A DNA stretch of 64,000 nucleotides, from assembly GCA_964304625.1 (NCBI GenBank), contig OZ199840.1, forward strand, positions 5,755,200 through 5,819,199, written 5' to 3'. This document shows, one piece after another, positions 28,859-42,020 of the stretch. This stretch comes from Kudoa neothunni (Eukaryota > Animalia > Cnidaria). The translations under genes and the position numbers were made by a program. The number at the start of each line of letters is the position of its first letter. The first letter of the stretch is position 1. Below the pieces are notes generated by a model. The model saw only the letters and a program-made list of their open reading frames with translations. It made no database searches and was not told where the DNA came from.

Positions 28859-29483
28859 ATGTCATTTGAAGCATTGTTTGGACTTTTATTTGATGAAATC
28901 AATCAAATATTAGTGTCCTCCTGTTCGAAAGTAGATCATTATTTTAACTTTAATTTATTCAATTGAAAATTAAGGAGATAGGATCACAGTCAATTAAGAA
29001 AATGGGATTTCGAGTAGGATACTCGATTGTGGAAAAGTGAAACGAAAAATGTTTCTTTAGAGCTAAAACTGTGTTTAGAAAATGCAGAACGGAAAGTCTA
29101 ATCAAAAATGAAGGAGATATTATGAAATTTATTTGCAAAGATCTCTGGATTTATTGTTTTGGGCAGCCTGTAGTATCTCTAAAAACCAACATGAACGTGA
29201 GTACACATGTCTATAAGTTTAAGTTAATAAGTTGTGATTTTCCATAAAAAGGGAGCATACATTATCGTTGACACCTGTATTCTGCAGGAGAAACCTAATG
29301 AAATGGGGGATTTTCAGGTGGCATTTATGTGCGGACTTTTTACTGGATTTCTAAGAGCATTTGGTTTTACTCCTGTCGTTTACGGCGAAATCGGCGACTA
29401 CCCTACATGTAACTTTTTTCTTTGTACACATTTGAAATTAGATTTTAGGTGAATTCCATATTATTATTGATAACCAAAGATAG
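28859..29483 (+). CDS. TRAPPC6: Trafficking protein particle complex subunit 6 (Trs33), 5 exons, ~147 aa
   Basis: Exons 28859-28930, 28975-29036, 29079-29196, 29252-29408, 29449-29483 total 444 nt. Motifs MGFRVG, DIMKFICKDLW, LKTN..GAY, AFMCGL..G.L. Alternative in-frame ATG at 28841. Confidence 0.9.
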
Positions 29484-30414
29484 AAAATTTTTTAGACATT
29501 ACTTTGTTATTCATATTCCTATTTGTTTCTCAGACTCCTCATATAATTATTCATTAGAATTTTAATTTTCAAAACTAACTTTCATTACATTAACTAAAAT
29601 TTTTGAATTAAAATTATGTCGAATAAAGTTACACATATTTATGTTATAGTATGTTAACAATCGTTACGGGTTTAGCTTACAGTGTGTAATATCTCTAGTC
29701 TAGTAGAAATATTTGTTATATGAGAAAAATTTCATGTTCATATCATTATTGATATCGTTGTTGTTTTGATAGTCCTCTCTCGAATTGCATCATAAACTAA
29801 TTATTGAATTCCATAACTTTCCAAATCTAGTTCAACATTTCCTTAAGTTTGTTATATCCTTGAAAAAATTTATTTTTAATTTTACAAAATATTGAATAAT
29901 TAAGCTATTTATTTCATAAACCGATTATAAAATAATCTTTTGGCAGATATTTTAGATCTATAATCGTTAATTTTACACGATTTGGTTATCCAATTTGAAA
30001 GTTTACCTACGCTTGCACCCTATCTGTGATTATCACGTGTAATATCGATCAAGATAAGATTTTGTACGCTCTTAAAACAAAATCGATATGTGAGATTTGA
30101 TTTGAGAAAAAGGAATCTAAAGTTAATTAAATGATAAAAAACATAAACATGCGATCCTCATATCTAAATTAGAAGTTTGACGCAATAGGAACCATTCCCA
30201 TACCTATAATTACAAACGATGCATTAACGAGAAAATTATTTATTACTATATTTAAAAGGCATAGAGTCAATGTAATTTGTATAATTTTTTATTTATCTTC
30301 TTAATTTTCTCGAGTGATAATGCGCTCAAATTTCCTTTATTAATTTATTAATCGTCGTGTGTTGACATCACATGTTTGTACAATTAATGATGATAACCAC
30401 TGTGATTTAAATTA

Positions 30415-31395
30415 TGATTGGACTCAAAAATATTTCTTCACACATTCAAGGAATAACGCGGTCTGTTGGCTCTGTCTCGAATCAATTCCCGTATTAAAGG
30501 ATAATAGTTTGAAGCGGTAGCACCAAATGAAACCTGTAGAATTCAGTGAGAAAATCAGCGATCACAATAGAGAATAAATGACCTTAAAATACTTTGAAAG
30601 TTATGAGAAGCAATACCAATTAATTAAGAGATAAAACCTTGTGATAAATATTTATTTTATTTATTGATATAAATAAGTGGAATTGAAAGAAATAATTAAG
30701 GGTAACAAATGATAATTTATGATAACTTTGTCAGGTGGAATTTTTACTCTGAAAAATTATTTTACAAAACCTTAAAAATATGAATATTACATTGATAATT
30801 ATCATTAATTACGAATTTTTTAATTTCAAGTTATTTAGATCATACTTTGGAATTGAAATATTTCCTAATAAATTTTAAGAAAATTACTTCTATGCGTTGG
30901 TGATATTTAGTTCATAATAAATTTGGTGTAATCTGAAATATCATAAATGTAATTTTTTGGCTAACTTTATTATATTCATATTTATAACTTAGACTTCTTT
31001 TAGAGTGTAATATGTTACATGGAATGTTGTGTTTAAAATAATTATGAAACAATTCTATCAGAATCATTGTTTAAATATTTCATGTTTACTTAATGAGTAT
31101 TATTAAATTTTCATAGCTTTAGTTAAAATTAAAGTTTATAAGTAGAAAACCTATTATTTCCGTAGTTTACAATAGTATGCCAATCAAAAAATTTTTATAT
31201 TTAAAAAATCTATTTAATTCCTTATTAGGTTTTATTAATTGGAAGCGTTTTTAAATTAATTTATATACTTACTTTTGTTTGTACCAAAAATGTTAGAAAA
31301 GCCATCAACGAGTATTTAAATTCTCAAAAAAATGCCTGGTCAACAATACGGCCCTCCAAGCTTCTGTAATGTGCTAACTTGGCTCACACACCTAC
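30415..31395 (+). mobile_element. hAT (SPIN/Charlie-like) relic
   Basis: ~30418-30523 reads WTQKYFFTHSRNNAVCWLCLESIPVLKDNSLKR*H, the N-terminal Zn finger of SPIN/GTF2IRD2-type transposases. A hAT-like right end CGGCCCTCC...CACTG lies at ~31349-31394. Confidence 0.65.
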
Positions 31396-34300
31396 AAGTT
31401 GTTCCTGTCACTGTCTTAAAATAAAACCTATTTCACAACATTTGGTACGCCTGCTCAAAATTATAGTTTTACATCTTTGAATTGTGAGACTAGTATTTAG
31501 GTATAAAGTAACTACGTTTTAAAATAATAACTGAATGAATAATCCACACCAATTCTCTCGTGTAATAAAATTTTAGGCATTGGCCTTTGAACGTTCAAGT
31601 TCCATTTGGTGGAGGAAAAACTATATAATTTGTAACAATTGTCGCACCTAAAATAAATAGGAAGCAGACATGTTTTCTCTATAAGTATACTAAACAATTC
31701 AATTGGATTATTAATCAATGAAAAAAAATCGCCATCGGCAATAAACTCAAAGAACTCATTTTCTCTACGCACGAGAAATTTGATAAATTAGTCACTTAAA
31801 TATTTTATATTTTGTCATTTAAATCAAATAATTCATTCCAACAAATGTTATTAAGGCGTATAATAAATGTGGAATTTAATGTTTGCACGATAAAGTTGGC
31901 TTTCATTGGTTACTGGAAATTTAACGAAGATTCACGTGTGTCGACGATGTTGTATTCGGGATTTGTACCAAAATTAAATGTTACCATAATTAGCTGAATA
32001 CTTCCTCCGGTATTCTTTTACTTTACTATGAATATTCGCGAAAGAACCGGCGAAAAAAACGATGCGCATACGGGTGTTTTTAAGTGCCATATCCTATTAT
32101 CCGATTATCCTATTATCAATGGAGTAGCAACACGCTCCAGAATTATCGTGTTGTTTGTCTGTATTTAAAATAACTAAGGAATGGTCCTTTTTATATTAGA
32201 AAAATGATGTAAAATTTTCTTAACGGAAGAAACACGTGTTTCTGAAGACGGTGGACGAAGCGCCAAATTTGAAGGGATTGGTGGGTCTATACTAAAGTTC
32301 AACCATTTATAAATTAAAGGTTAATAAAAATAACTAATCTTAATAATCAATTAACGACTACTTTACGTATTGTATAAGCACATGCGTGTGGCTGCGTTTT
32401 ATTAACCGGATAGATAAATTTTATGATCGTTTTGCCTTTGTTTCACTATAAAAAGTAAAATAAGATTGGTTGCTTTATGATTGTTATATTACAATATTTA
32501 AAAAAATACATTTGATATGATGATCGTTCCAGTTGGGGAGTCTTACCGATATAGCTTGAATATGTTATTCAGATTTTATTATTTTATTTAGCATTGTATT
32601 GTTTTATTTTTCGAGCGAATTTATGAAAAATCGATTAATTAATCATAGTATCAACATAATGTTGTAACGTATTTTATGGAACTTGTGCACAGGATAGCAT
32701 GGTTATACATATAAGATGAACAGCATCGATGGTGGATTAGAAGATAGTGACATTAACACTAAAAAGAATAATTTTTTAACGTCAGTGATACGTTTTTTCC
32801 GCAATTCAAAGTTGAAGTTGAGTATCTAACAATTCGAATATCGGGACAAAAATAATATTTCCGTATTAAATTGCAAAGTCATTGAGAGCGCACAAAAACG
32901 ATATGTTAGAGTATTATAATGTCACATGAAATCATATCAGTAATATTACTGAATGATTTAAATAATAGAGTAAATACTCTTTCTGTCGTCAGCAGAACTT
33001 GTTATAAGACGGAATTGTTCAGAAATATCCTTTTTAAATTAATTCCTAAAATTTTAATAAGTTTCTATAACTATGTTATCTAACATGTGACTAACGTTAT
33101 ATAAGATCGGCGTTTAAGAATATTCTCTCATAATTAATATAGTTTTTTTGAAAATTAAACGAAAATGTATAATTACTTTTCTGGGGCATTAAAAAATGTT
33201 TATTTTACTTAAATAATCAATATAATTTTTATGAATTTTTAGATATGAATATGTTTAAGCTATTTGGCTGCTAGACCAAATAAATTATTTCCATGTTAAG
33301 CATCGTGTGAACTAACTCACTATTATTAGTTTATTGAAATTAAATATCGATAAATTATCGGACTGATATAAATAATATTTTCCTATTCTTGAAAATCAGG
33401 TATAATCTATTTGATCACTATTATTTGTAGGTGCGCTTTAATGGTCAATATAGCACAAAGTTAAATCATCGGAATATATAAATATGAAGTTTAAATTTTT
33501 ATGGAAAAATTAAACTTAATAAATACTTGGATTCAAAAATATAACATTTTATGCAAGGATATAACGTTTCAATAGTTTAACCTTAAAAATCTTGATGCTA
33601 TTCGCTTCTAAATAAGGTCTTCCTACAAATTCTTCAATGAGACGTAACTGCTAAATATATTTATCATTTTAATGTTGAATTTAATGGCATACCAACTTAG
33701 AGTAAATTTATAAAACACGCGATGCTAATCTGCCGGGTCAATAGTCACAGCCACACATATGTGCCTATTGTATATTGAGTTATTTGGAAAACCATATAAA
33801 TAATTTTCCAACCCAAATATTTTATTATGGTTAATAAACTTAAATATATATATATTGTTATGAGTATGAACAATAACTTTATTCCAATATACACAGAAAA
33901 AAAACACAGTTGGAATCATGGGGTACAATCGGAAGATGTCGATTCTACAGGACTCTTAGATTTACTCCTTATTCATTCGATAGAATTATTTTTTACTAAA
34001 AAATGTGAACCAATATGATTTTATAAACTAAAATAAAATATAAAATAGTGAGGTCCATTGTACCCCAAAAACGACGTGGCGTATAAGCGCTTTTGAAGTG
34101 CTTGGAGGGTTAATATAAATTTCTTTCGTAAGAATATTCTGTAACTCATGATAGTAACAAGATAAATTTCACATAACTTCCTTATAATAAATTTTTAAGT
34201 TTCCTTATTTGATTATTAGTAAATGAACAATGAATAACCAACTAGATGTAAAACAATGTAACATTCGTTATCTCTCGGAAGTATTCGCAATATACTTCAG

Positions 34301-35055
34301 AACACTCACCCAAATCAGTATTTAAGTTTCAATATACAACCATTGTGAATAGTTTTTGAAAATATGACATTCAATATTGAAAGATTTAGAAATGTTTCAA
34401 CGAAAAATAAATCAACACATGGTTAATGATAAAATTAAAATTTAATCCTATGTACAATACATAATACATGCACGCCATTTTTAATCCCACCAGAAACATT
34501 TTATAGGCTATATATTGGGTTGTTACTTTAAAAAGGTATTTGTCCAATTATTAACAGTAATCATAACTACGAAAATCTAAATTTCAGTTAAAAAGTTAGT
34601 ATGTAATTTGTACCAATACTTCAAACGAGCATTGTCGAAAATTATTAAACGTGCGCAATCAAAACCTAACAGATACTGCGGTTTGAGGTAGGATACAGTG
34701 GCTACCAGACAACATTATTCAACACATATAGCGTTTATTGAGCGAACCCCGGATGTTGAATGTTCCAAATTTATTTGTATTTGGAACAATTAATCTGGGA
34801 ATATCAATAACAGCAACACCTTTTGTTTTGCACGAATGTGGTACAAATAGGTGACCAGCTGATACATTTGTATTGTATAAATATCGGCAGCTATTTACAG
34901 CTAGATTATATTTACACTTACTATGCGCACGCTTATTATTATATTTGGACTCGGCCAGACTTAGCAACGGTGGCAACCACTTTACCTATTGTCAGTATTG
35001 TTAGAAAATAGTAGGCGACTTCACCATAGATTTTCGGATTTTTTGAATTTTTTTG

Positions 35056-35852
35056 ATGGGTCAAAACCTAAGTACTGCGCTCACCAACGAAGATATCGCA
35101 CTTGTAGCCAACGATACTGGCTGTATTTGAATATTTCCCTATATTACACTTTACTTTATTGATTAGTCACTGATGGGGAGATAAGAAGACTGTTCACACG
35201 ATTTTGTCGTATGGATAGACTCCACCAGGGTTATTTAACGTAAATGCTGTTTTTTCTACCGTTACCATGGCAACAACATAATTTCGTATTTTAGGCGTGA
35301 AGACTTTCTTAGAATACCCGAATTAGCTGTGAATCCTCTAGGAGAATTGATTGTGGATCGATTCTTCGATTTGTCAACCACTCCGTAATTACAATTCGAG
35401 GAAATAGCTGCTCGAAACTAATTAAATTTCATTCATTTTAGAGGTGAAATAAGTTTCTCTACTGAAGGCATAAATTTCAAACAGTTTGCTCATGTCCTTG
35501 CACACTTCAGATTGCCTCGAGCCAATTCCTACCATTTCGTCAATTCGCGCGATGGGAAAATTAAATGTGATAGACACCAATAGAATTCAATTTAACATTT
35601 AACATTTTAGTCCTTTTTGAAATTTTTGATAAAAATAAAGATGGTATGATCAACCTTGAAGATATTCAAGATGTCCTTGTTCATTTAACAGGAAAGCATC
35701 TCAGCGAGGAAGATGTGAATCTGGTTGCCCAATCCATAATGAAAGACACTGATAGAGACAACGATGCATTTATTTCCTATGAAGAATTTCTTGACGTTAT
35801 GTCAAAACATAATATCGAAGTTCTTATGTCAATCAGGTTTAGCTCAGTTTGA
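35056..35852 (+). CDS. CHP1: Calcineurin B homologous protein (EF-hand), 5 exons, ~198 aa
   Basis: Exons 35056-35122, 35167-35239, 35295-35384, 35442-35566, 35611-35852 total 597 nt. Myristoylation start MGQNLS, motif REDFLRIPELAVNPLG, EF-hands DKNKDGMINLED and DRDNDAFISYEE, C-terminal MSIRF. Confidence 0.92.
35261..35274. promoter_or_regulatory. RFX X-box in intron 2 of CHP1
   Basis: GTTACCATGGCAAC is an exact match to the consensus GTNRCC-N(0-3)-RGYAAC. Extra half sites AGCAAC and GGCAAC lie at 34963-34977, upstream of the ATG. Confidence 0.6.
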
Positions 35853-38800
35853 GGCATAATTGCGTAGTCTCAATTAACAAAATAGATATTTTTAATTTTT
35901 TTCTATATTGTATGTATGTTTGTATTTTGGTTAGCAAATTTGTAATTTTTGGGAAATAATTTAATGCGAGTATTAATTATTTGCCGCGGGTGAGACCAAT
36001 TCCCTTTAAAATCGACAGTTGGCATTCAATTATTACCTTCTCTTTATTTTAAATCACGGTAATATGTACAGTCGATGACGCGTCGTGGTTCTTAAATTTT
36101 AAAATATGTCAAAATTAGCAATTATAAAGGAATTGAATGATAAAATTCTAACTCAACATGCACATTAGAGTATATTAATTGATTAGTAATGATATTAGTT
36201 ATTTAATAATTACATTTTTTTGGAGTGAAGCAACATCCAGATCTTTTGTATCGACTATTGAATAAATTAGAAATTGTAAAAAATATTAGAACTATTGCTG
36301 AAAAGTATCAAATAATCAAGTATTTTGAATGTGAGCCTAGAAAAGGTGAACAATCAAGAGCTATTATCGGTTTTACATCCAAAACCGGATTCGTTGTAAT
36401 CTAAGCTAGATCTAAATCAAGCGACATTCAAGATGTCAAAAAAATGCGTCATCCTGGAGATAAGAGCTCTTGCTTGCTATCTTGTCGTTAATAAAGGAAA
36501 AGGCTAGATAGGAATCTCCTATGTTAACACTAAATGATTTGGCTAAAAAAATATAGGGCGACTGATTCACCCAAAAAGATTATTAGGATAGATATCAGAA
36601 ACACTTTAAACTAGATGACTGAACATAATCTAAAAGATCATTTTCAGCATTCGGAGATATTTGTTGGCCTTTGTTTTTCTTGTATGGATATCAAACCGTA
36701 ATTGGATTAAAATAATATGCATATTTGATACTTTTACATGTAGACTTCTCTTTGTTTATCTAGCGATATTGAATAAATAGGAATAATTTCTATTAACCGC
36801 AAGCTAAGGTATTCTAGTTTTTATCGCAACGAATCCGGTTTCGAATGCACCGAGTCCGGCTTTGGATACAAAAACCGGTAAAAATGTTAATATATAATCT
36901 ATAGCAGAGGTTTCCAGACTCGCCCAGATCGGGAATCAACTTTAAGGTTGACCAGATTTTCAACAACCACCAGCCACTAAAATCATTTATGCACCCCTTT
37001 CTTATTTAAAACTTACATTAGTAGAGTATTTTTGATAAATATTAAAATAAAATGTTGTAGAATTATATTTTATGGATTATTTTTAAAAAAGGTACCTATT
37101 TTAAAATTCTAATACGATTCTAAATTTTTTGGTACCGTTTGGTAGGATTCTATTATATTATTTGGTACGATTTACAAAATCATCTGACAGCCTTGATAGA
37201 AACCCTAGTTAAGACGGTTCGGTTATTTGTAAATAATTTTTTCAACTATCCATATTACTTATTCTGAACGCAAAAAATATGTAAAAATGTGACAGATTGA
37301 AATTTTGTTTTAGTCATTCTTTGTTCAAATATATTTTTTAAATCAAAATTTTGAATTATTTTACAGTTTAATTAAATTTTATATTACATTTTATTGTTTT
37401 AATTAATTTTACCATTTAAATTGTTTTTTAAATGCATTATAAAAAATCTCATGACTCAAATTTCAATCGATTTATTTATATTTTTATAGATATACACAAT
37501 GATTCCAAGTTTCGAGTCGCTCGATTTGGTTTTTATCGAGGAAGTAACATGGTTTCGTAGGGAGAAGCGTCTTTCTGAGTCAATACTCGTAGGCCTAACA
37601 TTATAAGAGTTTTACGAACCCTTTCTAAACTAGGGGCATCACTTCGTAATTAACAAAATTGGTCCTTTCGATAAAATCCGAACAATATTTTGATCTTTTT
37701 AATCTGGATATGTAATTTATTAAATTGTCGAAATCCATTTCAGATTCGGAAGGTTCATAGTTTTGGATTTGAGCATTCGGTTCAACAAAATTAATTGTTT
37801 CGTATAGTTCCAAATTTGATTGTATTTTTAAATTTTCGGAAATGGTTCCGTCAATCAGCGAGAAATCCTCAATTGCATTAATGAGTATCAAGTCACATTT
37901 GTTCCATTTCGCTTTTTCATTAACGAGCTTAACAAAATAACTCCAAGCGGCAAATTTCATTACTGTAATCCTGAATAAAAAACTTGTTCACTGTTAAAAA
38001 ACGTGTCACTCCAAAATTATTTTATGCCTTTGTACTATTTTAAAAACGCATTTATTTTTTTAAATACTGTATTAATTAATAATGAATGCTAATTTACACT
38101 AATAGAAAAATAGACTTTTAAAATCGTTTTCGGTTTTGCCGAACACCAAACCAATCTTAACCCCAATATCGAAGCACAAATAGAACCTGTACCTCGTAAT
38201 ATTGTAGAAGCTTGGGTTTGATTAAAAATGTGTCTGGATTTGGTGGCAGAAAAACCATAGTTAATTGTTTTACTAAGACATTTTTTAACCGATAAAATGA
38301 TTCCGCTATTCCTGATAATTTAGATTTTCTAAGGAGATAAAATAATATTCAATTATGCAATAATATCGGAAGTTGTGGATATTGGAAATGCCAATGTTTC
38401 CTATAAACAAGAAAATGTCACAAAAGTTTATGAATATCGAGACGATTCTACCAAACACAAAATCAAAGAGGCTATTAATGAATTCGAAAATAAAGGAATA
38501 ATTTTTAAAATTGCTCTTTTTTACTTAGGCGAACTTAAACAATACCTTACAGAACATGGTTCGAATAAATACAAACGTATTACGTAAACTGAAGATGAAA
38601 TACAATGCAACCTCGGAGCTCGACCAAAAATTTTGAGTTAAAAACACCTTTGAATTCGAACTCATATAGAAAGGGTATTCAGGACAAATCTAGCTGGATC
38701 AAAAAACAGAGAAGAAACGAAATTCTAGAAGAAGAGTCACTTAACCAAATTGTGAGAACGTCGTCGAAGGAGAACACTTTATAATATCTCATATGACAAC

Positions 38801-39817
38801 TAAAAAATATCTATCCCATAATTCATTTTTATTATTATATTTAATATTTATTATTACGTTTCATTTCTATTGTTATATTTTATAACATAGGGTATGCATG
38901 TTTTTTCATGAATAGGAATTAAAATAATTACCTATTTGATGTGCGGTAACGGATTAAACTAATTTTCATTATTTTTCAGGGGGAAAAATTATTTGGAGTT
39001 CGAACACACTTCTAGAACGGATCATGGTCGAAGTCCGAGGTTGCATTGTACGTTCAGTCGTCAGAGAAACATTGAAATTCGATAATACTTTGGAAAGAGA
39101 TTAAATTTACTAATCATCAGCACCTTTTAATTTTTTAATAATTTCAGGGGCGCATCTTCCGAAGGCAATTTTTTTGAAGTCCTGACGAGGTTACGAACGA
39201 ACGTTCCTCTACTGTAGTAATTATCTCACCTGATAACTATTTCGTTGGAATTCAAAAATTTTAATAATTGCGTAAAAAAAGAAAAAATTAAATAAAAAAT
39301 ACTATTTGATATTTTCTCTACAACCGCAGAATCATTTAATCAAAATAAACCATTATCTGGGCAATAAGAAATTAAAAAGACAACAAAAATAACTGTCTAA
39401 GCTGATTAATTGATTAAATTAACAAAAATAAGATGCTAATTTTTTAACAATCCCTAACTATCAACGTATTTATTTAAATAGCTGGAATCAACAAATAAAT
39501 GAATCCTACCAGGATTAGAACTATGTTGATATATCCCATTAATTATTATATAAAAATGAATAGTTGGCTTCCATGAGTGGAAATAATATTTATAATAATC
39601 TTATTAAAACAAATGGAAAGTGGAGAAAAGAAAGCACTAGATGAAGCTCTGCGAATTTCTGATATATTTTTCATTACAGTATATGCATACAATTTTTATC
39701 TAAATAATGAAACATCTTTAATAATAATCGTGGAAACTAATGAGAAAATTCGAAAGAACCCGGCAGCTCAGTTTAACTTGACGATCTTTATTAACGAATC
39801 GAGACGAGTTTCAAATT

Positions 39818-41799
39818 ATGCAGTCGCTTCGTGCTGCCTTAAAAGTCACTTCATATAAAAGTCGATATGAATCTGTTACTGTTCTATATTAGCAATGTAG
39901 ATTATAATGTGAGTCGAGCATTTTTGTCTCAAAGCAACAACCCTTTTTCTGCTGTGACCGATGTATTTAAAAGAGAGGATCTCAGTAAATACAGCAAAGA
40001 AAATTTCAATTTTGATAAGGAAGAGTACAAATCGAATACATTTGATTACATAGTTGTTGGTGGTGGTACTTCGGGGGCTGCGCTCACATGGAGACTGCTA
40101 AACGATGGAAACAACCGTGTGGGTATGTTCGAACGCGGGCCGCTACGTCCCTCTATCTATTCTCGAATTCCTGGTACAATGAATACAGCACTCAAAACGA
40201 AAAGTGCCACATCAAACTACTTTTCGTCCCCTCAATCTCAACTCAACAATAGGTAAATTGATTGTGTTTTAGAGTTCTCTGATAATCATGCCCGTGCTTG
40301 CGTTTTTGTATAGAGAACTTATATATAGAAGAGGTCGCGGCTTTGGTGGCTGTTCCAATATAAACAATATGATTTTGATGAGAGGAGACCCTCATGACTA
40401 TGATAGCTGGACCCGACTTGGCGCAAAAGGTTGGAGTTACAATGATTGTCTTCCCTTTTTCAAGTTGAGTGAGAGTTGTGAATATGGTAATCTTAAAATT
40501 GTCTTTATTCCGTCTGATATTAGGTCGAATGATTTAGGCTCGAATTCGGTGAGAGGTAAACATGGTCCGCTGAATGTAGAGCGTCAGTTGGATGGATTCT
40601 GCAGTTCGATATCGGATGCGTTTCTAAAAGCGGGAAGTGAAGCAGGCTACAAGTTTTGTGATGACTTCAATGGCAAATCAAGAGAAGGTTTTGGATATCT
40701 TGATCTCACTGTTGAAGAAGGCAAGAGATTGAGTGTGTCTGAAGCATATATCCCATTCGACTATTTGCTTGATTATTGGGGATATGATTTGTTTATGAAG
40801 ACGAACCGTAGTGTGGATAGGTTGGTGATTGAGGGAGATCGGGTAGTTGGTGTCGAATCTAAGGGTCGAGTGTATACAGCGAAAAAAGAAGTTATAGTCT
40901 GTACTGGTCCTATAGAGACACCAGTGTTGTTGATGAGATCAGGAATAGGTGATGAGCAGTTGCTTAAGAATAACAATATTCCTGTGAAAGTTAACCTACC
41001 TGGTGTTGGTAACAATCTGCAAGACCATCTTGAATTGAGCTTTCAAGCCCAAACCATCCACCAAACAATGTACGAAGTTGATAAATCGTTATTCACTCAA
41101 ATGATGAGCTTCTATTATTGGTATATCCATGGAGAAGGGCCATTCAAAACCAATCATATGAACGTTGGCGCGTTAGTGAAGTCTGATTCCTCGTTGACAT
41201 CTCCGGATGTGCAATTGTTGTTCGCTCCGTTTCAGAACTCAATCGACACAGGAAACATTTACAAAGGAAACACATTCCAAATTAAAGTGTCTGCTCTCTA
41301 TCCAAAAAGCCGAGGCGATGTGAAAATAGCCAACAATGGCACCAGTGTTGTTATCGATCCAAAATATCTATCCGACAAAAAAGACATGGATGACATGTAT
41401 AGGTGTGTTGAAATTGTTAGGAACCTTATGCAACAACCAAGTCTCAAAAATATCATCACTAAAATTCTCACCAACGGCACATCTCATGTTGAAAGTTTTG
41501 TTAGGAATAATGCAATGAGTGTTAATGACCTTTGTGGCACATGCAAAATGGGTGACACTGATAAGGATCCTGATGCGGTCATTGGAAGTGATCTACGTGT
41601 CAAGGGTTTGAGCAATTTGAGAGTGGTTGACTCCAGTGCCCTCCCTTCGATCATCGGCGCCAACCTCACTGCTACCAATGTGATGATAGCTGAAAAAGCT
41701 GCGAATGCCATTCTTCTCGACAATCCGGTCGTGCAAGAACAGCGATATATTGAAAGCATCGATGGTATAGTTGTCGATGATGTTGATCGAAAATATTAA
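39818..41799 (+). CDS. GMC oxidoreductase, choline-dehydrogenase-like, with a probable mitochondrial presequence and substituted catalytic residues
   Basis: Motifs FDYIVVGGGTSG, RGRGFGGCSNIN, LLMRSGIG, LPGVGNNLQDH, GTCKMG, LRVVDSS, MIAEKAA. Predicted introns 39861-39900, 40253-40313, 40487-40537. The N-terminus MQSLRAALKVTSYKNYNVSRAFLS is basic with no acidic residues. Confidence 0.9.
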
Positions 41800-41988
41800 C
41801 ATCACATTTATGTTTCTACTATTAACACTATTGAAAGCTTACATTTTTGGCTTTTAATTTCCCATTTCTGCCGTTTATATTGCGTTTAATTAGCAGTACC
41901 CATTAAAATTATTTAATTTTGTATGGTCACGAATGAGTTGAGTTAGAATTGCTCGGTTATTAATTGGAGTTTTTTAATTATATTTTTA

Positions 41989-42020
41989 CTAGCGGGAATT
42001 TTCCCAGCGTTGCTTGGGGA
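41989..42020 (-). mobile_element. Helitron-type 3' terminus
   Basis: The minus strand reads CCCAAGCAACGCTGGG (hairpin), AAAATTCCCG, then CTAG|T. Confidence 0.6.

Noticed and set aside
37625-38790. ORFs 37625-37960 and 38375-38587 as host genes
   Set aside because: No recognisable domain or splice structure, interrupted by stops and flanked by Tigger/pogo-like ends, so probably decayed TE sequence.
39818-41799. Bacterial horizontal transfer of the GMC gene (betA)
   Set aside because: It has host-type introns and a probable mitochondrial presequence. Animals have native CHDH, and a phylogeny would be needed to claim transfer.
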